Of a stretch of 64,000 nucleotides of DNA, positions 1 to 7,637 are shown one piece after another. The notes under the pieces are model-generated. The model made no database searches and was not told where the DNA came from. It was given only the letters and a program-made list of their open reading frames with translations. This DNA comes from a virus (lineage: Duplodnaviria > Caudoviricetes): positions 6,791-70,790 of the IMG/VR virus record IMGVR_UViG_3300023173_000014; one strand, given 5' to 3'. Every line of letters starts with the position of its first letter. Within the stretch, counting starts at the first letter, position 1. A program made the translations under genes and the position numbers.

Positions 1-665
1 CTGCCTTAGTACCTGAGTTAGGTGACATAGACACAGTGCTACGCTTTAAAGGTACTTGGTCACCGTCTGGTGCGTTGTACCCCGACCATACACAACATGA
101 AAACAACTCTGTGTTCGAGGCTATTGATTCAGGTGTTGTCGGAGGCGTTACGTTCAACAAAGGGGACTTGATCCGCATGACAGATGCTGGGTGGGTGCGT
201 TATGGGAGTACGAGTGCTCCTTATCCTCTGACCCAGACTTCTACTATTTCATACGACTCACCTCAAGGTGCAGGAGCACCAGGAACAGTACAAGGCACCC
301 ATAAATTGGCGCGATCCATTGAACAACGCCAAGAGACTCCTTTAGGGTACAACTCAATCCTCCACATCAACTCAGAAGGCGGAGTGACGCTGACAGGTGC
401 TACAGGGAACTTACGTATCCCTTTGAGTATTCCGGAGGACTGTTACCACTGGGGTATGTTGACGTGCTATTTGAAACTGTCACGTACAGGACAACCCGAT
501 CAAATCATCAACCATGCGATGCACTTTTATGCGACGCCTACTCAACAGTACGTAGAGCTTCTGGATGAGTCTGGATCTGTTATTAGCTTAAGTGGTGAAG
601 AAGTTGCAATTGAATATTTGATTTCAGGTAGCCTCACTTACATCTACAGCGGTGGACAGTTCTAA
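1..665 (+). CDS. C-terminal part of a tail fibre / receptor-binding protein (runs off the window start)
   Basis: The frame of the 36..665 ORF stays open back to base 3. Gly/Ser/Thr-rich, beta-type composition; late-strand orientation. Confidence 0.55.
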   Translation, partial: ALVPELGDIDTVLRFKGTWSPSGALYPDHTQHENNSVFEAIDSGVVGGVTFNKGDLIRMTDAGWVRYGSTSAPYPLTQTSTISYDSPQGAGAPGTVQGTHKLARSIEQRQETPLGYNSILHINSEGGVTLTGATGNLRIPLSIPEDCYHWGMLTCYLKLSRTGQPDQIINHAMHFYATPTQQYVELLDESGSVISLSGEEVAIEYLISGSLTYIYSGGQF

Positions 666-670
666 AGGAG

Positions 671-958
671 ATGAGAATGAGTAAATTCCGTAAAGTATGG
701 CGCTTCCTGTTAACCAATAAAGTGGTTGGTTTCGTTGGCGATGTTGTTACTGGTTTGACCTTGAACAAGGTAGATGACGCTATGTGGCGTGCACGTAAAG
801 CCCTGGTTCAAGGAGACACTGAGGCTTTTGAAAAGGAGCTGTCGGCTACCTTGGATGAAGGCAAGAAAGTGGTTGAACACAAAGCTGAGAAGTTGAAGCA
901 GAAGCTGGAACGTAAAGCAAAACAGAAGCTGTTCTTCCGTTTGCTGAGCAATAAATAA
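671..958 (+). CDS. hypothetical protein, basic coiled-coil C-terminus
   Basis: AAGGAG RBS directly upstream; followed by a terminator. Confidence 0.7.
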   Translation: MRMSKFRKVWRFLLTNKVVGFVGDVVTGLTLNKVDDAMWRARKALVQGDTEAFEKELSATLDEGKKVVEHKAEKLKQKLERKAKQKLFFRLLSNK

Positions 959-960
959 AC

Positions 961-981
961 AAGGGGCCTTAACGGCCCCTT
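961..981. terminator. bidirectional intrinsic terminator
   Basis: AAGGGGCC-TTAAC-GGCCCCTT between convergent genes, with A/T tracts on both sides. Confidence 0.85.
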
Positions 982-985
982 TCTT

Positions 986-1375
986 TTAAGTATTGTTGCG
1001 GCACCAACTTTCCGGCCGTCCTACTTCCCAGTCGATAGATTTACGACAGTGATCGGGATCTACGACATCCAACATTTCCCCCACAATAACGTCCAGGAAC
1101 AACCAGTTGAATACTGGAGGGTGTCCGTGGAATCGAGACTTACCCAAGCAACTGGAAATAGTTTCTCGGTGGTCATGGAAACGTAGAGCGTTACAGTACT
1201 TATCGTACGAAATCCAGATGTGGTAAGCACGCGTTGCTGCCCACTTACGCGTAGCTTTCGGGATACACAGTAACAGTAAACCGATACCCAGGACCGGTAG
1301 TAACAGTGTTCCCGCGATTACTGCCAATCCAATCAGAAAGGTAAGGATGGCGATACAAAATGCCTTAAGCGTCAT
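986..1375 (-). CDS. membrane protein of a type often found beside phage tail genes
   Basis: Start reassigned to MTLKAF (GAGGAG RBS). Hydrophobic N-terminus; ETISS..GK and LD.VDPDHC..SI motifs. Confidence 0.7.
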   Translation of the reverse strand: MTLKAFCIAILTFLIGLAVIAGTLLLPVLGIGLLLLCIPKATRKWAATRAYHIWISYDKYCNALRFHDHRETISSCLGKSRFHGHPPVFNWLFLDVIVGEMLDVVDPDHCRKSIDWEVGRPESWCRNNT

Positions 1376-1760
1376 AGGCAATCTCCTCTTCGTTAATGTG
1401 TTCTGGTTGGGTGAGTTTCTCCGCCTCTGCTCGCATCTCAAGGACCATAGCGTCGATCTCTTCTAACGGGGTAGGTAACGTACGCTCCTGTACCAAATTA
1501 CCTTCTTCATCGAATTGATCTAACATCTCGCGCAAGATGAAGAGTTCCTGCTTGCTCAGGAACCAGCTAGGAGAGACTGGCTCACCTTCAGCATCGGTAA
1601 AGCCTTCGGTACCACACAAGATAACGATCTCGAGCGGATGACCTGATGCTGTTACTTCGATTGGTTTAGGCGTAAGGAAATGGTGATTAGGTCGTGGGGT
1701 AACGGTGCCGGCCACGAATAAAGAGCACCATGCCCCTGCTTGACGTTTTGAAATACTCAT
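1365..1760 (-). CDS. hypothetical protein (possible tail-fibre-associated)
   Basis: ATG overlaps the TAA of the upstream gene (TAATG coupling). Confidence 0.7.
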   Translation of the reverse strand: MSISKRQAGAWCSLFVAGTVTPRPNHHFLTPKPIEVTASGHPLEIVILCGTEGFTDAEGEPVSPSWFLSKQELFILREMLDQFDEEGNLVQERTLPTPLEEIDAMVLEMRAEAEKLTQPEHINEEEIAYDA

Positions 1761-3166
1761 TAGACGATCTCCCATTTCTGTCTCACGTAAATACCGGAAT
1801 ACTGTACTGTCCCGTAGTCAGTACCTGGCATGAACAAGCGGAAGTTATTAGTGTGCGAACTTATGATGTCGCCACCAATGAAGCGAGTACCTGAAAACTT
1901 TCCTCCCGTAAAACGGAATAGGTTGTTTGCAGGTACTGCATTCTGCGTTGACCAACCATAAGCTGCGTGCTTGACAGCCTCACCCGAAATGATGGCACCA
2001 AGGGTAACGAGGCGGTTAGGGATATTAGGTGCTATGTCCCAATACAGATAACCGTTAGTGATGTACTCGTTTGGTAACTTGGCCTCAGTTTGGTCTGCCA
2101 GGTTTTTACCTAACCAGTACGACCATTCCCACCGCTTTTCCAGGTAAAGCCAATTCCCTTCTTCACCGTGCACCATGTTCTGAAGAATACAACCTTCCCA
2201 CTCGCTGATGGTGATTGAGGAATACACCGAAGAATCTCCAATTGCACTTCCGGAACGAAGGTAAACATGGATAGAGGAGGTTTCAGGGACCACAACGAAT
2301 TCTGAGACGCCCTCAAAAGAAGGTACCCAACCTGTGTAGTAATTCCACTGAGGTACACTGGGGTTACCTACAGCAAGTGAGTTTTCTCCTGAAAGTCCGT
2401 CAGCCCTACGTACACGTATTTTATACGCTTGACCGGGTGTTAAGTTGTGAAGAGCCATTACAGCACTACCGCCACCAGGAGAAGTACGTGTAACACGAAA
2501 ACTACCATCACTCATTTCCGTGGTTTCTGCTGCACTCTCGGGAACAAAACTATCAAAACCTTCTAAGAGTAGACTCCCACCCAGGGCCGCGATATTAGGT
2601 TGATAGTCTGTGTTATGCAGTGACATGGGGTAATGAGCTGCAGTTTGCATCTCCCCAGTCTCAGAGGGGCGCTCAAGTTTAAAGTCGAGAATACAACCTT
2701 TTAAGTAGACGGTTGCCGATGAATTCCGTCCAAATGCGTCAATTGATAGGCCTTCTGTACGTCCGGAACCATAAAGGTCAGTGATGTCTTGACCTTGGAA
2801 AAATAGACGCCCTCCTTCTCGTTTGAACACTAATGTGTTCACCTTATGCGGTACAAATGTACCTTCAGGGAAATCATAGTTTCCTGAAAGAAGACGGATT
2901 GAGCCGTTACCTGGACCGAACACAGAGAGACGACTACCCCAATTAGTTTGGTTTCCGTAGATGTAATTATGGGTGTCAGGATCAAAAATGAAGGTACAGG
3001 TAAGTACGAAATCCTCGTTATCGTCTACGGTAACCTTACGTGTAAGCAGCCCGTTCTGCGTCCCGTCCCACTCAGGGACCACGCGCTTAATCAGATGTAA
3101 CCCTTCTTTAAGACGTACAGGAATCTTCCAGGGACGAAGATTCCCTAAACGTGCAGGCAACTGCAT
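1760..3166 (-). CDS. 468-aa beta-rich protein, probable virion appendage with lectin/carbohydrate-binding-like domains
   Basis: Start reassigned to MQLPARL (TAATG coupling with 3166..3441). Aromatic/Gly-rich beta-sandwich-like sequence; the fold is inferred. Confidence 0.55.
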   Translation of the reverse strand: MQLPARLGNLRPWKIPVRLKEGLHLIKRVVPEWDGTQNGLLTRKVTVDDNEDFVLTCTFIFDPDTHNYIYGNQTNWGSRLSVFGPGNGSIRLLSGNYDFPEGTFVPHKVNTLVFKREGGRLFFQGQDITDLYGSGRTEGLSIDAFGRNSSATVYLKGCILDFKLERPSETGEMQTAAHYPMSLHNTDYQPNIAALGGSLLLEGFDSFVPESAAETTEMSDGSFRVTRTSPGGGSAVMALHNLTPGQAYKIRVRRADGLSGENSLAVGNPSVPQWNYYTGWVPSFEGVSEFVVVPETSSIHVYLRSGSAIGDSSVYSSITISEWEGCILQNMVHGEEGNWLYLEKRWEWSYWLGKNLADQTEAKLPNEYITNGYLYWDIAPNIPNRLVTLGAIISGEAVKHAAYGWSTQNAVPANNLFRFTGGKFSGTRFIGGDIISSHTNNFRLFMPGTDYGTVQYSGIYVRQKWEIV

Positions 3167-3441
3167 TAGTACTGTCCAATGCAGTAAGTGAAGGTTGCAC
3201 CCGTTGCGACAGGTACTAACTGAATTTCGGTGATCAACGGAGTGTTGAAAAGTCCACCTTGGTTTGCGGAGAGATCCCCATCTTCTAGTACAACGAATTC
3301 GTCCATACCCAAACACTTAACGCGAATTACGGCGTCAACAGAACAAGCAACAGATAAGCCACTGTAGTTGGGTGAGAGAGGTTTGGTTAAGTCACCTGTG
3401 TTTGTGCCTTGTTTTTGAGTTGTAAGGTTAATGTGGGCCAT
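3166..3441 (-). CDS. small beta-rich hypothetical protein, first gene of the 986-3441 cassette
   Basis: CAGGAG RBS; coupled to the next gene. Confidence 0.75.
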   Translation of the reverse strand: MAHINLTTQKQGTNTGDLTKPLSPNYSGLSVACSVDAVIRVKCLGMDEFVVLEDGDLSANQGGLFNTPLITEIQLVPVATGATFTYCIGQY

Positions 3442-3448
3442 AACAAAG

Positions 3449-3476
3449 CTCCTGTAGTTGAATTACAGGTACTTTA
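3449..3476 (-). promoter_or_regulatory. SD-occluding hairpin with an upstream -10-like TAAAGT
   Basis: Minus strand reads TAAAGT-A-CCTGTA-ATTCAAC-TACAGG-AG; the stem covers the CAGG of the SD. Confidence 0.45.
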
Positions 3477-3510
3477 ATGAACTAAGAAAAGATTATTGAG
3501 AAAAGGAAGG

Positions 3511-3526
3511 AGGCTCTTACGAGCCT
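3511..3526. terminator. intrinsic terminator
   Basis: AGGCTC-TTAC-GAGCCT followed by TTT on + and by a pyrimidine tract on -. Confidence 0.7.
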
Positions 3527-3576
3527 TTTAGGGAGTGCTTACGACAACAGATGTTGCGTTACACGTTGGAAAGATA

Positions 3577-3710
3577 TGTTTAGTAGTTGACTCTCTCCTT
3601 GGAGCAGGAAAATGGCTAAAACCTATAAAGAAGAAAGCCAACTACTAAACAGTCTTAAAGGGAGCTTGGCCGCTCATCAACTGCGGAGCAAGGCAGGCCT
3701 GAAAGACTGT
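3577..3710. ncRNA. putative structured RNA (two large stem-loops)
   Basis: Perfect 13-bp inverted repeat 3577-3589/3639-3651, plus an 8-bp inverted repeat 3649-3656/3703-3710 enclosing CCGC/GCGG and CTTG/CAAG stems. Confidence 0.4.
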
Positions 3711-3731
3711 ATTGAAAGAGTACTCCTATGA
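3612..3731 (+). CDS. putative 39-aa peptide MAKTYKEESQLLNSLKGSLAAHQLRSKAGLKDCIERVLL
   Basis: Hand-translated; GGAGCAGGA upstream of ATG; below the ORF-track size cutoff. Confidence 0.4.
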   Translation: MAKTYKEESQLLNSLKGSLAAHQLRSKAGLKDCIERVLL

Positions 3732-3974
3732 GACAGAAGTACAGGAATTTTTGCGTATTGGTGAATATCTCGTTGTCACGATTCTCCGGTTTACGACTTA
3801 CACCGGTATTACCTCCAAACCATTACCCTCCAATGTACCGAGCCTTTGGCGGTAGTCATGTACTCTAAGGTCTTTTTACGGCAGTTCACTGTAGTGATTG
3901 CTTACAGAGCAATAGGCTATCTCTTGCAGCATTCTACATTACCTGCCGGGAGTATATTCACGCACCGGGACTCT

Positions 3975-4157
3975 TTAATCAGCTATGACAGCTCCGATGC
4001 TGATATAGTTGTTTGCCCAATCAGAAGCGTACTGTTCAATGAGCTTGTCTCGTTCTTCTTCGTTACTACTTTCCCACTCTTCCTCGTCAATATCGATGAT
4101 GTCTTCTTGACGTGCGTTAGCGAATCCGATCGAGAGGGATACTTTAAGCTGGGGCAT
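3975..4157 (-). CDS. 60-aa acidic phage protein
   Basis: Start reassigned to MPQLKV (CAGGAGG RBS); DIDEEEW...DWANNYI pattern. Confidence 0.75.
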   Translation of the reverse strand: MPQLKVSLSIGFANARQEDIIDIDEEEWESSNEEERDKLIEQYASDWANNYISIGAVIAD

Positions 4158-4399
4158 GAAACCTCCTGTTGAGTGATTGAGGTGGCTGGGAGTGAAGCCA
4201 GCATACAAGCCCTTACCCTTAACCGGTGTAGGTAAGAGTTCAGACGGTATTCTCTAGGTCCGCGTCTTTCGGAACTCATTTCATGTACTTCGTATGTGAT
4301 CTGCATACAAAAGCCCAGGTCACCATCCTGGATTCACCTCAAAACTGGTTTAAATTCTTATTGGCTGATGCTTCTCTGTCTCGTGGTCTTTGAGCAATT

Positions 4400-4506
4400 C
4401 TGTGTACCTAAGCAGGGAATCGAACCCTGAACCTCTACTAACCGCTGCGGCCGCCATGTTGACCGACTTCTGCGGGGGTTTAAGGGGCCATGTCGTACCC
4501 TCAGAA
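4400..4506 (-). ncRNA. degenerate tRNA-like element 2 (canonical T-arm only)
   Basis: CAGGG-TTCGATT-CCCTG at 4429-4413; weak 6-bp acceptor-like pairing TCTGAG/CTTAGG; no CCA. Confidence 0.3.
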
Positions 4507-4530
4507 CAGAGAAGTATCACCAATAAGAAC

Positions 4531-4635
4531 TGGATGGTAACGGAGGAATCGAACCTCAGAATCAGTATGCGCCTACTGTTCACGCCCTAAAGCAACCAGC
4601 TAAAGCATTCCAGGACTGCTGACGTGACGTTACCA
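4531..4635 (-). ncRNA. 105-nt tRNA-like RNA with CCA end and a long hairpin in place of the D-arm
   Basis: Perfect acceptor TGGTAAC(G)/(C)GTTACCA, T73, CCA; T-arm GAGG-TTCGATT-CCTC; CAGTA-GGCGCA-TACTG arm; about 47-nt irregular hairpin. Confidence 0.65.
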
Positions 4636-4665
4636 ATATACTGCCCTACTTTATCGAGAGCATAA

Positions 4666-4688
4666 AAAACCCGGAGGGTTTCCGGGTT
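4666..4688 (-). terminator. intrinsic terminator (can alternatively fold as AAACCC-GGA-GGGTTT)
   Basis: Minus strand AACCCGGA-AACCC-TCCGGGTT-TTTT. Confidence 0.75.
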
Positions 4689-4719
4689 CTCTTGTTGGTA
4701 CCTGTGTTAACTAACGTAC

Positions 4720-4860
4720 CTAACCATATTCCATCTGTTCTGGGCGGTTGAGCAGCATACTGTTTTTCTCAAAAACAGGACCGAACAAGACAGATGGAAA
4801 GGTTAAGCATGTCTCCGCCTGGTTGCGTACAAATGCAACTTCGATGAGGAACTTGAACAT
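4720..4860 (-). CDS. 46-aa hypothetical protein MFKFLIEVAF...
   Basis: Hand-translated; AAGGAG RBS. Confidence 0.55.
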   Translation of the reverse strand: MFKFLIEVAFVRNQAETCLTFPSVLFGPVFEKNSMLLNRPEQMEYG

Positions 4861-4897
4861 GAACTCTCCTTTCAACATTTGGTGACCTTAACAAAGG

Positions 4898-5098
4898 TCA
4901 TTTTATTGTTTCTGGTTTTTTGTTCTTCTGGTACTTCCACCAGAGGTAATGCCCCAAGAGCGTCAGAGGCCAGAAGGTCAAACAGAAGTAGAAGACGAGA
5001 GAACGTCTTGCCTGGAAGAAATACACCACCCCTCCAAACCAGATAACGTAGAGCAGTAACAACGTTATGTGGAGGACGATACCTTGCTCAATTGTCAT
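4898..5098 (-). CDS. small membrane protein (2 TM)
   Basis: Two hydrophobic segments; ATGA overlap with the upstream gene. Confidence 0.75.
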   Translation of the reverse strand: MTIEQGIVLHITLLLLYVIWFGGVVYFFQARRSLVFYFCLTFWPLTLLGHYLWWKYQKNKKPETIK

Positions 5099-5436
5099 GG
5101 TTCTTGGGATAGCTGCGGAATCGTGGGGTAACGTGGGTAAGGCTCTTCTTTACAGCGGGTAAGTCCGTGAAAACGGTGGAGGTACACGCCTGTAGGGCAC
5201 TGCAACAAGATAGGTAAAGCGTTTGTACCAACGATACATTTAGTGTATCCGTCGGTCTGGCTACCAGAGCATGACAGGCGTGTGCGCTGGATGTTGTGCG
5301 TTTCAATGAACGCTTCTGCAGCCTCCATAGCACGAGATTCAACTGCTGAAGGGGCGTTGTACAGGCCGACGTAAACACCTGCAATGGATGGTACTGTGAT
5401 GACAAGCATTACCAGTACGGTCATAAGGGAAGGCAA
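5095..5436 (-). CDS. membrane-anchored exported protein with Cys pairs
   Basis: N-terminal TM segment; AAGGAG RBS before TTG; CSG..DGY.KC...CPTG motif. Confidence 0.7.
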   Translation of the reverse strand: MPSLMTVLVMLVITVPSIAGVYVGLYNAPSAVESRAMEAAEAFIETHNIQRTRLSCSGSQTDGYTKCIVGTNALPILLQCPTGVYLHRFHGLTRCKEEPYPRYPTIPQLSQEP

Positions 5437-5489
5437 AGTGATCTCCTTTTATTGTGTTCAGTTTTTAGGGTGAAGCGTCGGAGACGCCT

Positions 5490-5864
5490 CTAGTGCAATG
5501 TGGTAGATGGCTGGTGGATGAACTTACCTTCCAGATCAAGAGGACGTTCTTCATCCTCTACTACGTCCTGTACTTCTTCCTGGTGATGTTCCAAAGCACG
5601 CTGAACTACAAGGTTTACTGTTCTTTCTGATGTCAGGGTGTCCCAGGTTTCTTGTTCGATGTCTTCGATGTATCCACCATCCTCTTGTACTACTGGGTAA
5701 GAGAAGGTAGCCAATCCTACTGTCCCTGATGGGACGCCTCGTACATCTTGTAAGAAGAATGAATACACCACTTCTGCAGTGCCTTCGTCAGAGTCAGAAG
5801 CAGGTACGCGAGTGACTCCAACCTGGGCACCACAAGCCTCTACTACTGTGAAACGGTCAGTCAT
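5490..5864 (-). CDS. acidic hypothetical protein
   Basis: Start reassigned to MTDRF (GGAGG RBS). Confidence 0.75.
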   Translation of the reverse strand: MTDRFTVVEACGAQVGVTRVPASDSDEGTAEVVYSFFLQDVRGVPSGTVGLATFSYPVVQEDGGYIEDIEQETWDTLTSERTVNLVVQRALEHHQEEVQDVVEDEERPLDLEGKFIHQPSTTLH

Positions 5865-6035
5865 AACTGCCTCCAAAGTTATCCACATTACTGCGGGAAA
5901 GATGTTGTTTGTTTTGTATACAGGAGAGAGAAGAAAAGTTCGTAATAACTGACGTAAGTTGTTGATTCTTGGTAGGGCGTTTCAGGAGGTAGTATTACAG
6001 AACTTTCTTCTGGGACCCGCATGGTTACGGGATCA

Positions 6036-6089
6036 AGCAGCGGATTGAAAATCCGCGTGTCGGTGGTTCGATTCCGCCTCTGGGCACCA
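6036..6089 (+). other. attP core: 3' 54 nt of a tRNA-Phe(GAA) gene
   Basis: AGCAGCGGATTGAAAATCCGCGTGTCGGTGGTTCGATTCCGCCTCTGGGCACCA contains anticodon arm (GAA), T-arm, acceptor 3' strand and CCA. The 5' half is absent. It lies 126 bp past the integrase stop. Confidence 0.9.
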
Positions 6090-6215
6090 CTTATTACAAG
6101 GGTTGTGGGGTTAGTGACCAATCCGGCAATCCAAGATTCGGAATACTCTTTCGGAATATAAAATCCACAAGAATTTACTGCTTTCCGCTCACAATGTGAG
6201 CAGTCTTGTGGATTT

Positions 6216-7322
6216 TTACTTAGTCGCCTTCCCTTTCTCAAGTTTCAGTCGATAGCGTTCTGCCATCTCCCGCGTCTTGTGTTTCAAGTCTTTACCATCT
6301 GTACCTGCCTTCTTCTTCAAGTCGTGATTCCAGAAGTTCTTCACGCCCGTAACACGCATCATGTTGTAACGTGCTTTGTTGATGGCAGACTGCGTAATGC
6401 GTTGACCTCGTGTGTTCTGTACGATCGGAGTCTGGGAAGGTTCCCTTCGATCACCTGGTTTGTGCAGAGCGGTGGCGAAATCGATAGCAAACTGCAAGTC
6501 TTCTGAAATTTCGACCAACTCTCCCCGAGAACCCTTTCCTCGAATACAGCGTAGGTACTTCTTACCGTCTTCGTACAGGATGTCTGACATGTTGAGGTTC
6601 CAGACCTCATGGACACGTAACCCACACAGGTAAGCGATCTGCCAGAACGGGTAGACCCATTTCTGCCGGCTTTGGAGTGCGGCTTGGAGTAGCGCATCGT
6701 AATCTACGTCTTCGGTATAGACCTGACGAATGTTCTCAGGGAACTTCATAGTCTGTTCTGCGGGATTACCCTGCATCCCTTCAACGTACTGGGTAACCCA
6801 CTTGAAGTAAGTGATAAGGCAGCTACGGTGCCGGTTAGCGACGATCGGTTTGCCTTCTGTTTCGATGACTTTACCGTTGGCTTTGACAACTTTCTGCGGA
6901 GTGTTCCAGTAATCCAGGTACTTACGTACATGGGTTGGACGTACTTCTTGTGGGTACATGGCACCGAAGACGTGACGTAGCCCATTGTGAGTCGCTCGAC
7001 TGTTCAGCTTGTCAGGATCTACGACAATGTTGATGTAAGTCTCGTACTGCTTGTCCTTTAACCGTGCAAACTCAGGGGAAGCCAGGTATTGATCAAACCA
7101 GTAACTGTTATTCTTCGGTTGGAGTTGTTCTGCAAGATGGTCCTCGTAAGCCTTGTAGAGAGCCGCTTTCACAGCAGCATCTTCGATGATCTTCCCGTTG
7201 ACCTTCTTAAACTTAAGTAAGGTCGTAGCTTTCGCTTTCAAAGGGCGATAAACATAACCAGTTTTATCGCGGTACACGCGTTCCGGCATCCACCGGTCAG
7301 CAGGTTTACGTGGACGTCCCAT
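6216..7322 (-). CDS. int: tyrosine recombinase / phage integrase
   Basis: MGRPRK N-terminus; GLR (Arg I), KG (Lys), HDLK box, H and ERY (Tyr). Confidence 0.93.
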   Translation of the reverse strand: MGRPRKPADRWMPERVYRDKTGYVYRPLKAKATTLLKFKKVNGKIIEDAAVKAALYKAYEDHLAEQLQPKNNSYWFDQYLASPEFARLKDKQYETYINIVVDPDKLNSRATHNGLRHVFGAMYPQEVRPTHVRKYLDYWNTPQKVVKANGKVIETEGKPIVANRHRSCLITYFKWVTQYVEGMQGNPAEQTMKFPENIRQVYTEDVDYDALLQAALQSRQKWVYPFWQIAYLCGLRVHEVWNLNMSDILYEDGKKYLRCIRGKGSRGELVEISEDLQFAIDFATALHKPGDRREPSQTPIVQNTRGQRITQSAINKARYNMMRVTGVKNFWNHDLKKKAGTDGKDLKHKTREMAERYRLKLEKGKATK

Positions 7323-7543
7323 TACAAGTTGAACCTCTCATCTGCGGTCGTGTTCTCTGTGGTGTCACGGAGGTCGACACTGGTTATCGGTACTATTGGT
7401 TTCCCATCGTTACGGGTAAAGAAACGGATACCGTAGTTTTCCAAGGCACGGCGTTGTGTAGCAAAACGTTTGGCGTTAGTCATATACACAACTTCGGCAT
7501 CGGTAAGGAATGCGCTGGGAGGGTTAGGAGCTGCATCGGTCAC
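7322..7543 (-). CDS. xis: excisionase-like protein (DUF4224-type)
   Basis: FLT.AEV..MT..K....Q...L...GI.F....DG.P.V pattern; coupled to int. Confidence 0.75.
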   Translation of the reverse strand: MTDAAPNPPSAFLTDAEVVYMTNAKRFATQRRALENYGIRFFTRNDGKPIVPITSVDLRDTTENTTADERFNL

Positions 7544-7592
7544 TGGGATTACTCTCCTGGTTTGTCTGTTTGTCTTTCTAAGGCGATAAAAA

Positions 7593-7618
7593 ACCCCGGA
7601 TCACTTATGTGCCGGGGT
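7593..7618 (-). terminator. intrinsic terminator after the holin
   Basis: ACCCCGG...CCGGGGT followed by T-run on minus. Confidence 0.8.
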
Positions 7619-7637
7619 CCCTAACCATCTGAGTACA

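Noticed and set aside
3577-3710. Retron msr-msd
   Set aside because: No reverse transcriptase in the window, and the inverted repeat encloses only 49 nt.
4400-4635. tmRNA or tRNA-Sec
   Set aside because: Too short for an mRNA-like domain and no G3-U70 pair; no UCA anticodon or long variable arm.
6010-6089. Complete phage tRNA-Phe gene
   Set aside because: The 5' acceptor strand and D-arm are absent upstream of 6036; only the 3' part is present, as expected for attP.
5888-6241. 117-aa minus-strand ORF after the integrase
   Set aside because: It spans attP and would be split on integration; no recognisable motifs. Treated as spurious.
6290-6340. Integrase inactivated because HxxR reads HDLK
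   Set aside because: As I recall, HDLK occurs in a common integrase subfamily associated with DUF4224 genes. The other catalytic residues and attP are intact.
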